Shown: piece by piece, positions 21,279 to 33,764 of the stretch
Numbering within the stretch: the first letter of the stretch is position 1
Layout: the number at the start of each line of letters is the position of its first letter
From: Octopus bimaculoides
Taxonomy: Eukaryota
NCBI RefSeq assembly: GCF_001194135.2
Contig: NC_069001.1
Coordinates: forward strand, 25,396,663 to 25,457,219
Reading direction: 5' to 3'
DNA length: 60,557 nucleotides
Program-made: the position numbers and the translations under genes
The notes under the pieces: model-generated
Database searches by the model: none
What the model saw: the letters and a program-made list of their open reading frames with translations, nothing else
What the model was told of the DNA's origin: nothing

Positions 21279-21414
21279 ATGTATGTGTGTATGTATGTAT
21301 ATATATATGTGTGTGTGTGTATATATTATGTGTGGGTGTGTGTGTATGTGTATATATATAGGTGTGTATGTGTGTGTATATATATATATATATATAGGTG
21401 TGTGTGTATGTATA

Positions 21415-21462
<48 letters not shown>

Positions 21463-21565
21463 TATATGCCTGTACGTGTTTATACAAACACGAACAGACA
21501 TACACGCACGTATATATTCATACAAATATACATTCGTGCATACATACATACATGCATACATATAT
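21234..21565. repeat. Compound (TA)/(TG)/(CA) microsatellite field
   Basis: Direct inspection. Confidence 0.9.
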
Positions 21566-22888
21566 GCACCCTGTTGCAAATGAAGGAAGAGTGCTCAATA
21601 AAAGTATAAGAATTTAGATATTTGGAAAAGGCAGATAATTCGTCTTGTTGCTGCTCAAAAACTCTCTCTAGAAATTATCGCAAAAGCGACAAAAACTGGT
21701 CAGACTAGAAGTTGACCTTTTCTGTAGAGATACCAATTATATGAAATTTTATTATCTATGTCCCTTTTCCTTTGAAAGGCGTTGACATTACCGTAGAGCA
21801 CTATTTGTAAAGATTCGTTTCCGATTCCCACTTTCGCCTACCATTATTTCACTTCAGAAATTAATTGCCCTGTGGCTTCCAATTAAAAGTGTCTCGTTCT
21901 AATTCAGTGTTAGTTCAATTATATCCTATCATTGATTCCCATTAAAATGGTCTTGATGATTCCACTGCACGAATGTCTCTCTGAGTAGCAACGGAGTAAT
22001 TCATCAGTTTCTTCTAATATAGGCACTACGAGTTAAAACTAAATGTCGACATACTGTTATTTCGTCAGTTTGTGTGTGATCTTCTTACACAATAGAAACT
22101 TACAGAAAATTTGGAGGATACATTTTGAAGTGCTGTTTATTTTCATCTTCTGTGAACGTTAGAGCTGAGTTGTACGTCTATGCATGCATAGAATACTCTA
22201 ATTGTTCAAGTGCGTTTCATATGCTGTACTCACGAACATAAATTTGTAGTTTCGATTCCAGGACCGATCAGTGAGTTTTATCCTTAAACAAATAAATATT
22301 AAACAAAGTGAATTTGTCACGGATAAAACTCCAATCTAGTACACTGTATTGCACTTCCATGCAGCTGACAAAACCTCAATGTCCTAGTGAATTAATAAAA
22401 TTGGAAAGCTAAGAATGATTTTATCTGCTCACGACTGCATTGGCACTTACAAAACAATACGTTACTATATCGGCACGATTAGTGAAACCACGCAACACAC
22501 TTTCTGGACGGACTCCACAGGAGGCGTATCACAATTTCTTTCTAAATCGATACAAATGAATATTCCGCTGCCATGGAAACCAGTCAGAAATTACTCGTTT
22601 ACTGTATTGGATATCTTAATGAGCTTGACTCTTGCTTTAGACGGCTCGCCATTAATTAGTTTATGTTTTATGAACAAATGCAGAAGTTATTTTGCACTTA
22701 CTAAATGCATTGGCATACACACATATAAACGTATATGGACACCGGTTGGTTCTGAGCGTGTTCACTCTCGATCGATGACTGAATTGAGTTCAAAGTACAG
22801 CAAAACTATTTCTCCGTGATAAAGTGCAATGAATTGCCTCCTTATGTGTTCGAATAAACTTCAAGCATATTGGAACCGGCAACAAAAT

Positions 22889-22958
<70 letters not shown>

Positions 22959-22969
22959 CGTGTATGTGC

Positions 22970-23721
22970 AACGTAACTTTTGAAATAAACAGCATTAGTT
23001 TCATAGCTGGCGTGAACTAGACATCACTTCAATTTCTCTAAATAGTAAACGTTCTCTGCAAAGAATGTTTGTTTTAGAACACAGCAAAGCCGGTGATAGT
23101 TAAAAAAATATTCCTCTTTAAAAAAATATAGCCGGGCGAGTTATCTTCTTCCGCTTGATAGATAGGTTTTCCAATTTTGAATTAAAAATTTCGGAAAATG
23201 TGGACAACTCCCCACTGCCTCTGAACTGGAATTATGGTAGCCCCCTGGCTCATGTAAGTTCATGACAATTATAAATCTTTCTGCCAAACACAATTTACAC
23301 AGTCTTGTTCCATTACGATAGGGTCCACAAGATTCCAAATTTTCTATCTGATGTTATCGACCTTTAAGCGCCATGCGTATGCTGTAATAGTTGTGCTGTG
23401 TCTTTTTGGGCCCCGGTCTCTGAAAGATCTGTGGATGTTCAGGCAAATATTAAATCTGGATTCACAAGATCCGACATAAATTCTAGTTTGTGTCCCTCTG
23501 TTGGCATTGATGTTATTGATATTTGTGGTGCTTTAGTTTAGAGATACCTTTGCTTGGTACACTGTTGCCTCGCTGTTACATCGGCCGTCCACTGGATATT
23601 TGTTTCAATCCTACATGAATAACCTGCCTCTGTATGTGGCATAAGAGTGCTTAGAGAAACTAAAGAGATGTCTAGTTCACGCTAGATATGAAACCAATGA
23701 TATTTTCTCTAAACGTACGTT
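22970..23721 (-). mobile_element. Penelope-like element 3' fragment (GIY-YIG domain) bracketed by inverted pLTR copies
   Basis: Minus translation KYPVDGRCNSEATVYQAKV...IYVGSCESRF...HRSF (23410-23605) and CGPYRNGTRLCKLCLAERFII...CPHFPKF (ORF 23141-23338) match PLE endonuclease/C-terminal motifs; 22970-23042 and 23651-23721 are inverted repeats. Confidence 0.85.
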
Positions 23722-23794
23722 ACACATACACAAATAAATAACTGCTCTGTAGTTTATAGGTATGCTCTTCTCTTCATTTATAATATTGTAACGA

Positions 23795-23796
<2 letters not shown>

Positions 23797-23843
<47 letters not shown>

Positions 23844-24070
23844 TATGTGTGTGTGTATGTATGCTTATATGTATATATATAAATGTATATATGTACGTAT
23901 ATGTATTTGTTATGTATTTGTGTATATATATGTATGTGTGTATGTATATTATGCATATATATATACATATGTATATATATATTTACACACACGCATATAT
24001 ATATGCAAATATATATAAACATACATACATATTTACATACATGTGTGCGTGTGTGTGTGCGCACGTGTGT
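23797..24070. repeat. Compound (TA)/(CA)/(TG) microsatellite field
   Basis: Direct inspection. Confidence 0.9.
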
Positions 24071-24599
24071 ATTAAACAAGATATGAAAGAGATTATTAAA
24101 TCCTGGCACACATCTCAAAAGCACTTAGTATTAAGCGAACTTGGTTAAATACATCAAAGAGCCAGATACCAATAAATTCATATAATATTAGCATACAAGG
24201 TAATTCCTCACGTATAAGTAAATCCAAATATCATTTAGAAGAATTTCAAGAAATCTGGAGTATATAACAACATAATCAAGAATGGAGAAAATCTCATCTT
24301 TAATTGATGATTAACCATACATAACCAACGGTCGTTTCTATTGTTCTACCATATTCTAAAAGGTACAAAGCACCAGTGAAACCAATATATACGAAACGTT
24401 ATACTGACCCAATGTTATGAATGTAAGCCAACTTATGTTAAATTTAAAGCGAACTGAAATAGTATATTTAATATATGAACACAGTCCCTTCTTTTTTTAC
24501 CTAATTTATTAGTATTATTATTCTTGTAATTACTTAGCTTCCTTAAATAAGATCATTTAATATATATACATTGCTATGCGGGCGTAAGCGAAAGCAGGG

Positions 24600-24847
24600 T
24601 ATTGTAGAAACTCGTCTTTGTCTGTGTTGTGTCGACGTCCCCAGACGGTGAAGTAGGCTAGCCCAATGCGTAGATATAGAGAGAGAAGTCTAGACGTCGT
24701 AGGAGTTGAGTAGGTGTCATCCGTATGTGCGATATAACAGTGGCGACAAGGATTTTGTAGCTCACACAGCCACTGCCACTGTCTAGTATTACGATATAAC
24801 AGTGGCGACGAGGGCTTCGTAGCTCACACAGCCACTGTGTAGTATTG
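24600..24847 (+). mobile_element. LTR-retrotransposon remnant: LTR 3' end plus tRNA-Ser primer-binding site, tandemly duplicated
   Basis: ...GATATAACA-G-TGGCGAC(A/G)AGG at 24730-24753 and 24792-24813; TGGCGACGAGG is complementary to the 3' end (CCTCGTCG-CCA) of animal tRNA-Ser(GCU). LTR 5' boundary uncertain. Confidence 0.55.
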
Positions 24848-24854
24848 CCATTTC

Positions 24855-24945
24855 ACAGTCTGTTTGTCTGTGCGCTTGAAAAAAATACTTGAAAACGGCT
24901 GAGCAAATTTTCACCAAATTTGACACATATATTTACTGGGTAAGG
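24855..24945 (+). mobile_element. Possible Helentron/DINE-like non-autonomous core
   Basis: TCTGTTTGTCTGT...AAAACGGCTGAGCAAATTTTCACCAAATTTGACACA resembles from memory the GTCY plus CCGATTTTCAnnAAATTTG core of such elements. Confidence 0.3.
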
Positions 24946-25253
24946 CGCTCAAATCAAAGAAAATTTAGTTAGATTTTTTCCAACACTGACGCATAAGAGA
25001 ATCAAAATGTTTCGTGTGCAGATTGTTTTGCAACAGAATTTATGTGCACGCAGCGTATGCATCGTTTTGACATATTCTCAGCGCAAGAATCTATTACTAG
25101 AACATAAAAACATATATTTTGTCCATCAAATACTATTTATCATTTGATTCAACCATCGTCTGCATGTGTATAGATCATAGTGTACCTATGTACATAGACA
25201 CGTGTGGGTACATATACACATACAGGCATGCATAAATACATACATAGATATAC

Positions 25254-25299
<46 letters not shown>

Positions 25300-27337
25300 G
25301 TGCGCGCGCGTGTGTCTTTGTGCGTATGTCTGTCCAATAATAGTTTCGAGGAACTCGTTTATTTATGAGTGTTGTAATCGAAAGTCTGACTGTTGTTGTG
25401 TCCACTTCGATATGGCGGTATAGATAGACTAGGAAGACACTACTATGATCGACTTCACCGACTTCTCGACAACTTGACTTCCTGTGTCACAGTATTTGCA
25501 ACGACCTCACATACCACTCATCACGTGGGAGGGTTGTTTTATTATTATTGTTATTACTATTTTCCCCATAATAATGAGTTGCTTTCTTAATTTCACCGGA
25601 GTATAAATACCTATAATGATGATATTTTAGAAAATAAATGAAGATTAAAAGAAAAAAAATCGACTTTACAAATTCCCCGATGAGCAAGTGGTCATATTAT
25701 TTATATACAACAACGAATTACAGTACGTTTGATTCGCCTGTCAATGGAAAGACGTTGAAAACACTTCTCAAATTATATGCAATATTTTCTATAAGTATTT
25801 CATTTTATTTACTTTCGTTTTCATAATACTGATTATTATTTGAATAGATAAATAATGATTTAGTCATATGCAAATTTTAATCATATGTGTTTGGCAAAGA
25901 CATCGATCAAATTCACTTTTGATCCTCTTTTCGTCAAACATTTACAAAACTTAATTCAGTTCAATTAAAAAGCATGCGTAAGGCACACTATAATTTGCGA
26001 AAAAATTCATCTGTGTGCAGGCTATGCAACGCTTGTCCGATACTTTTTTTTTTTTTACTTCATTTTAATTGCACTGTCTATCAAGGTGCATCATTTAATA
26101 TCCTATAATTACCGGTTATTTTCTTGGTATTTTCTTTTGTATATAGTCCGTTTTGTCCTCAGCTTCAGATAAAAAGTGGTTATAATACATTTCATTGTAT
26201 GCAAATAGATCTTCATTAGCAGAAAGCGTCGAAATACGTGTTGATCTATTTTCAAAAATGGAGTTTATGAAGTTTCTAGGTTAATTAGAATTTTTGTTCA
26301 AGTAGCTTAGATATCCATTCCGTTTATCGTATGGTTGGTAAAGCTCTGTACTTAAAACCAGAGCAACATTAAATAAGTTAATCTTGCTTTTATTTCTATG
26401 GCAATTGACAGACTGAAACGCTTAAAGAATCTGAAAAACTTTTCCGCGATCCGTCATGATTAATCCTACAAGGCCTATAGATAGTGTAAAGAGCACCGCA
26501 CCTACACCGGCCCTTTCCTAAATCAGGAAATTCTCTACGTTTACAGTTAACCACGTAAATGCCCACTTAATCATACTGGTTATTTATCACTGGACCCCAT
26601 AGTGGTGTCGAAATTATCGGTTCTATGCGGCCTGGTTCAGTACTATGCATCAAATTTTATTATAGCTTCACTAACCGTAGGCATTATAGAAACTTAAAGC
26701 TTAGACAAATCTGACTTCTCTTCATCGCTAAAATTAAGTTCTTATTAAGTGGTATAGGGTTGATATATGAATAATAACTAAATCTAATTGAATTAATTTC
26801 GTATGGTCTTTATACTTAGTATTAATGAAACAATCAACTACGTCCATTGACAATAAGTATGAATTAAGATTTTGTCTAAACTTAGTAAATATGCGTATCA
26901 ATAATAAATTCACAATTCGTACCAATGTCCTATTTAGAGGGGCTACTTAACTTCTGGATTGCTATTAAAGCTAAGCACATCCCAATGACAAGAGTCAGTA
27001 AACTCAAAGCAGCGATGTCTGTGATTCCTGATATATGGTGATACTAAGCAAATCGAATATTTTCACACCTTTTACCATAAGAGGGATATTTTCTCCCCGG
27101 TAACTGCAGTATATCTGCATTTTAGCAGTTGAAATATGTCACAAATATATTTTAACCAACCGAAATTTTGCTTATGTGTAAACACTGCCTGGCGAACCCT
27201 TTTGCTCTCTATATAGATATATATATATGTGAGTGAATGTGTGTGTATGTGTGTGTGTTTGCGTGTATGTGTGTGTGTGTTTGTGTATGTGTGTGTGTGT
27301 ATGTATGTATATACACGCACATATATATGTATATATG

Positions 27338-27540
27338 TTTGTGTTTGCCCCCTACGATCATCGCTTGCCATTCGGTATTGGTGTGTTTATGTTCCTGTAA
27401 CTTAGCGGTTATACCAAGAAACCAATAGAATAAGTAACAAGCTTACTCATAGATCCTGGGGTCGAATTCTTCGACAAAAAACATTTCAGGACAGTGGTCT
27501 AGCATGGCCGCAGTCAAATGACTGAAACAAGAGAATACAA
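27338..27540 (+). mobile_element. SINE family B, 3' half
   Basis: GTAACTTAGCGGTT...CCTGGGGTCGAATTCTTCGAC...AGCATGGCCGCAGTCAAATGACTGAAACAAG. Confidence 0.85.
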
Positions 27541-27595
27541 TAATGTATACATACACACACATACACATATATAACATGTGTATATGCATATCTGA

Positions 27596-27812
27596 TTTAC
27601 TCTTTTACTTGTTTCAGTCATTTGACTGTGGCCATGCTGGAGCAGCGCCTATAGTCGAACAAATCGACCCCAGGACTTATTATTTGTAAGCCTAGTACAT
27701 ATTCTCTTGCGGAACCGCTAAGTTACGGGGACGTAAACACACCAGCATCAGTTGTCAAGCAACTTTAGGTGGGACAAACAGACACACAAGCATATAAACA
27801 CACATACATATA

Positions 27813-27852
<40 letters not shown>

Positions 27853-28021
27853 TACATACGACAAGCTTCTTTTAGTTTCCGTCTAGGATATCCACTCACA
27901 AGGCTTTGACTGGCCCGAGGCTATAGTAGAAGACACTTGCTCAAGGTGCCACGCAGTGGGACTGAACCCGGAACTATGCGATTCGTAAGCAAGCTACTTG
28001 CCACGCATCCACTCCTACGCC
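27596..28021 (-). mobile_element. SINE family B, full length
   Basis: Complete tail, internal (TA)n, core and head on the reverse strand; highly similar to 35050-35451. Confidence 0.9.
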
Positions 28022-28155
28022 TATGCGTATGTTTGCCTGATCTATATGGGTGTGTTTTGTGCGTATGCTTGAATTGTTTTTCTTAATAGTCACAGTAATT
28101 AGACAGCGGCCATGTACACACACACACACACAAGAAACATACATAAGTGTTTTTA

Positions 28156-28349
28156 CGAGGGGGTGCTGAAAAATGTTCCTGGCTTTAAGGGTATTGCGAA
28201 AGGCCTCGGTGGAGACCTTTTACAGGGCTTACAAAAACTGGAGGACCGCTGCAATAAGTGTGTGAATCTGAGAGGGGAATATGTGAAATTTAATCATAAC
28301 TAATACACTTCTATTTTCTTTAACCCAAAAACCTTTCAGCACCTCCTCG
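28156..28349 (+). mobile_element. Internally deleted mariner (MITE-like, 194 bp)
   Basis: TA|CGAGGGGGTGCTGAAAAA...TTTCAGCACCTCCTCG|TA terminal inverted repeats with TA duplication; retains the transposase C-terminus GLQKLEDRCNKCVNLRGEYVK; TIR resembles Hsmar2/irritans type. Confidence 0.85.
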
Positions 28350-29284
28350 TATATAATATAAGTTATATAAATATCTATATTATTTTAAGCACAGTAAGTA
28401 GTCAAGCTTAAAATAACAGTCAGTGGACTAGAATTTTGGGAGTTTAATGTCTTCATAAGCGTACACTATCTGGAACTTGTGGGCATTCGGAATGTACTAT
28501 TTGGTTGGGCATGTCAAGTTGTATATACATGCGCGTGAAATTGTGTGCAAAATTAATTTTCCCTTGGAAAGTATAAATTTGGCAAACGGATTTCCTTTTT
28601 GTTTAAGTCCAGTGCTAGTGTTAAAGCTGTGTGTTTAGCAGAGTACTGCCGTGTGTATCACAACATTTGGGCTGCTTTTACGAGTAGCGTACACTGGGCT
28701 ATTTATAGTGTGTGTGAGTGCTTGAATGCATGAGGAGGCATGTATCATTGCCGCGTAGTAGTTATTAAATACGGCGTATTTCTCTTTGGACTATACAGTG
28801 TGTGAATCTATGTTTCGTTTAATGTATATACCACCATAATATATATTAGAGCATTGACAGCCACATACTTCGAATGAGACAGAGAAGATGAAAGAGGGGA
28901 GAGAGGATACGCAATACGATGAACGTTGTAACAATAATTACGAACGTCTTAATATTTAACAAAGACAGAATAATTCATGGACGAGTTCGCCTTTATAAAT
29001 ATAAACATGCTTGTTGCTCTCATTCGAAATGTAATGCGATAAAAAATGGATTCTCTGAGATTATACAGGCAATTATCAAAAACAAATATACTTTGACGTG
29101 TGTTTAAAAATCGAACAGAATATAACTCCAAAAGAAGATAACTGTAATTCGCAGGTTGAATTAAGCAATCTTCGAAAATAATTAGTCTCATTAGGGTAGC
29201 TTAATGAATTTGCTACATTCAGTTGAAAAGACAGTGAGAAAAATAAATGATTCCAAATGGAAGAAAAACGGTGAGATGATTATA

Positions 29285-29530
29285 AGTATTGGTTTGAAAT
29301 TAAGGCACAAGGATAGCAATTTTGAGGGTTGTGGGAGGTGATTGCATCGACACTATTGCTTAAATGGTACTTATTTTACCCACCCCGAAATGACGAAGGT
29401 CGACACCGGCGGAATCTGAACTCCGAATGTTAAGCCAGACGAAGCTAAGCGCTTTGCCATGCGTGCTTACGATTGTGCCAGGTGGTTGTAAATATTGGTT
29501 TCAGATTTTGGAACAAGGCCAGCAGTTTTA
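29285..29530 (-). mobile_element. SINE family A plus second tail fragment
   Basis: Tail GTATTGGTTTGAAATTAAGGCACAAGG, body GTCGACACCGGCGGAATCTGAACTC; second tail at ~29493. Confidence 0.7.
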
Positions 29531-29840
29531 GGAAAGGAGGTAAGTTGGTTACTTGTATGCTTAGTATTCAAATATATACAAATACATACTCATACATACA
29601 TACGTACGTACATGCATGCATACATACACACACACACACACATTTGTATATATACATATATAAACATATATATACATATATGTACATGTGAGCATAACTG
29701 CATGTCTCCTTCAACATTTACATATATGTGTGCGCGTGTGTTCGTGTGTGTGCCCGTGAGTTCGTGCGTGTGCGTGCGTGTAAATATATATATATATATA
29801 TATACACTTTTATGTATCTCTCTCTATCTCTATCTCTCTC

Positions 29841-29871
<31 letters not shown>

Positions 29872-29942
29872 ATATATATATATATATATATATANNNNNN
29901 NNNNNNNNNNNNNNNNNNNNNNNNNNNNNNNNNNTATATATA

Positions 29943-31162
29943 TCAGGTGGAGTAAAAAATTAAGCAAAGTTTTGAGCCGGACTTTTGCAGAGCTTTGAAT
30001 ATTTTTATCATTTGTTTTCCTTTGCAATTGTCTGATGATTCAGACATAGACTTACCCAAATACATCAATAAAATTACATTGAGCATTTTTTCCCCGTTGT
30101 TACAATCAGAAATGAAATTTTCAAATCACGATATTCGAGAAATTTTACTATTCAGAAAAGGATGTAAAGCAGCTGAAACTGCTCGCGAGATCAACGAAAC
30201 GTTTGGTGAGGAAATGACCAGTGACTCGTCGGCCCGAAAATAGTTTAAACGATCTCACAGTGGAGACCTGAGCCTAGAATATCGTGGTGAGTGTTGTGGA
30301 TACCCATTAAATACCTTCATTGAGAAAGATGCACATAAACCCGCTTGAGAACTGGCAAATAGAAACTTCAAGCTAGCCAGAAAACTGCCTGCAACCGCAT
30401 GCGATCAGAAAATCATAAAATGCTTATCAAATTGGTACAACCCGGCTTGAATGAAAATCAGAAAATCTGCAGATATGAAATTTGATCGTCCCTTTTCCAT
30501 AATCAGACCGATCAATTTGTCGACCGCATTGTAACTTGCGATGAAAAGCAGATACTATACAGAAAAAAACAATCTTCCTTTGCGTAGGTTGGACCAAAAT
30601 GAAGCACCGAAAACCTTCCCTAAGTCCTAGCTCTTCAAAAAGAGGGTTATGGTGACTGTTTGGTGGTGTACTGCAGGATTCACCCACTATAACTTATTAT
30701 AATCCAGGAAAGGCATTACAGCAGAAACTTATTGCCATGAAATTGCCAAAATGAACAAAAACTGCTCCGTCACAGAATGGTCGAGATAAGAGGGCCAATC
30801 ATTTTTCATAACAATGCTCGACCACACTTTTCACTAATGAGGCTCCAGAGGTTGAGGTTCTTCCACATCCAGCTTATTCCCCAGACCTTTCTCCCAACGT
30901 CTACCACTTTTGCAAGTATCTTTATGGTTTCCTTCGAGAGAAGGAGTTCAAAAATCAAACCGATGCTGAAGGTCCGTTCAAAGAGTTGACCAGCTCCAGA
31001 ACTCCAGATATTTATGTTACCGGAATAAACAAACTTGCAACTGGTCGGCAAAATAAAGTTTTGATGGTAATGGTACTTACTTTGATGAGTAAACTTTCCG
31101 CATTGTTTAAATATATTGTGAGGAATTTCATGTTTCAAAAGATTGCTTACTTTTTACTCAGC

Positions 31163-31166
<4 letters not shown>
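29943..31166 (+). mobile_element. Full-length decayed mariner (Tc1/mariner, Hsmar1/cecropia-like) transposon
   Basis: TIRs TCAGGTGGAGTAAAAAATTAAGCAA / TTGCTTACTTTTTACTCAGCCTGA with TA flanks; peptides KAAETAREINETFG, RIVTCDEK, VMVTVWW, IFHNNARPH and HPAYSPDLSP; multiple stops and frameshifts. Confidence 0.93.
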
Positions 31167-31248
<82 letters not shown>

Positions 31249-31672
31249 AAATTGCATATATTATGGGGGAAAAGGATCATTCTCGAAACACATTAAATTA
31301 CACCTGCAAACTGACTGCTTAGGAATCTCATTTAATTAGCAGTAAAATTATACGACATATTAAACAGTAAATCTTCGTCCTTAGGGATTGAATAATTTTG
31401 TTGCTGCAGGAAATATTTCTACTGAGTATTTAACGAAGCGCACAAACATACTTAATTATAAGAGTGTATATATACACTGTAATTTTAATGACTTGCACAT
31501 TCACTTACATACACATACACACATATATCAATGCAGACGCATATGTATATAAACATACATTTAGTTATTCATTTATCTACTTCTCTTTTATCAAATATGT
31601 ATGTGTGTCTATGCACACCTGTAAATGTACACACACATATATCCATGTCACCGTACTTGCCAAGTATACAGA

Positions 31673-31725
<53 letters not shown>

Positions 31726-31854
31726 AATACACTCACATACACACACATATGTATATATCAAGTGCATGTGTATCTGTGTGGCATGCAATTTCAGTGTCAA
31801 ATGCAGACCACACCAAAAAGAAAATGGCTGATATTTTTTTTTCCTTCTTTAGCA

Positions 31855-32000
31855 CAATGTCGACGTACCTTTCGTCTCTCAGGCGGATCGATGAAAATAA
31901 TTACCGCACACTGGGGTCGATATAATGGAATATAATTCTTCAAGGCGTTGCCCCAGCATGGCAGCAATTCAATGTGTTAAACCGATAAAAGAATTAAAGT
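31855..32000 (+). mobile_element. Chimeric SINE fragment: family A body plus family B tail
   Basis: GTCGACGTACCTTTCGTC...ACTGGGGTCGATATAAT followed by CAAGGCGTTGCCCCAGCATGGCAGCAATTCAATG. Confidence 0.6.
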
Positions 32001-33299
32001 ATGTACCGACGGGAATAGAGTATATTGCACTTCAATTCTTAGCCTATGACCTTTAACGTGATCGAGAAATATTGCATTTTCGAATTCAAAGATTCAGATT
32101 GACATCAAAATGATATTAACACTTTGATGCGTGTTTACCTCCAGGTCCACGCTTTTTATGCAGGCCTATAATCAAGATGATGCAGCCAATACTACCTGTT
32201 ATTTTCAATGCAAACCTAGGAAATTGAGGCCTATTTTATGTTGCTTGTCCGCCATTCTTATAAGAAATTAACGAGTGAGTTTTAATGCAAGATGTACGAC
32301 TGTGTAAAGACTATATTCGTGTGCGGAATAAAAGTAGTCTATAAATTAGAATATTACAAATCAAAGGCTCATACAATATCATTTGAACTCTCCCTAAAGT
32401 ATTTTCTTATAGCCAGATGCGTTCGCGATAATAAGGTGTTGTAGCAAGGCATACACCTGTAGAGTTATAAACTCTCCTTGCTTATCATGGATTAAATGTT
32501 GTCTTGCAGACGGAAGTCTTACATTACCTTATTTGAGCAAAGCATTTTTCGATTAAGCCGTTATGTCTGCTTTTTCTGCATTTATGCATTAACTGCTTCG
32601 ATCTGATCTGCATTTCATGATAAACGAGACCGTTTATAAACCTGCCGAGCACCGAACGTAACGTTTACGGATGTAACCTTGATACACGAAAGGATTTTCC
32701 TGTTTAAACGGGTGTTAACCATTGTCGTTCTTTCACGCGATGATTATAGTGAAACTACTTTACATCACGTGTGAGAATTTTACAGATGAAACCTTCCGTA
32801 GCATGTCTACAATTCTCTGACGAATACAGGATAAAACTTTGATCAAATTCATAAACAGGTTAGTGGTGAGGGATATGTGCACTAATTTTAACAATTTTGC
32901 TTAATTCATGATCGCTGTGGGACTTGAATTGAACTGCTTTTTTTACATCCTGCTAAATTTCAAATTCAAGACATAGGAACATTTCAATATATTCTTAAGC
33001 ATCCAATAGAGGAAACATATTTACTATCTCATAGAAGCTTTTTTTTCAATTGCTGTAATTTAAAGGACAAGAGAAAATTCCTTCATTAGAAAGAACATTT
33101 ATGTACTTTCCCTTTTTACCGACACAGGAATAAAAAAGGGAATATAAAACTCAGGCTTCATAGTACTATCTTTAGTAATTTTCTTCATCATGATTTCTAC
33201 CCGACAGCTAAAAAACAGTTAAGACAACAGTTTGTTGAGAAACATTGTTTCTTCTTGTTATAGCTTAACATTGTAGCATACAAAAATAGTATATTCCTC

Positions 33300-33490
33300 T
33301 GAAATTTTGGCACAATGCCAGCAAGTTCGGGACTGGGGGTACGGCCATTAGGTCGATCTCAGTACTCAACTAGAACTTATTTTATCGACCCCAAAAGAAT
33401 GAAAGTAAAGTCGACCTCGGCTCAGTACGTAACGACGGACGAATTGCCTATAAGTATCTTCCCGACGTGCTAACAATTCAGACAGGTTAC
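33300..33490 (-). mobile_element. SINE family A
   Basis: GAAATTTTGGCACAATGCCAGC...TTTTATCGACCCCAAAAGAATGAAAGTAAAGTCGACCTCGG. Confidence 0.8.
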
Positions 33491-33529
33491 AATCCTATGC
33501 ATACTTGATGTATTACCATGATAAAACTA

Positions 33530-33567
<38 letters not shown>

Positions 33568-33571
<4 letters not shown>

Positions 33572-33764
33572 AAATTTACGAAAATAAAACAACAGACGAA
33601 GACAGGTGGTGTAAACAACAAATGGATGTATTAGCTTAACGCTCGGGAATAGAGAAAGTCTTTAACGTTCCGAGCTACGCTCTTCAACTGAACGGAACAC
33701 AGAAAGAAATAAGGAGAAAAACAAGGAGAAAAATCTATAAATGTAGTGGTCAGCGATCTACCAT
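33568..33764 (-). mobile_element. Hammerhead-bearing ~190-bp repeat, copy 2
   Basis: Reverse complement reads CAGTTGAAGAGCGTAGCTCGGAACGTTAAAGAC, homologous to 14483-14515; its 3' end abuts (TA)n. Confidence 0.8.

Noticed and set aside
22415-22819. 134-aa plus-strand ORF in unique sequence
   Set aside because: No recognisable motif, no clear splice signals and no coding-like composition; left uncalled.
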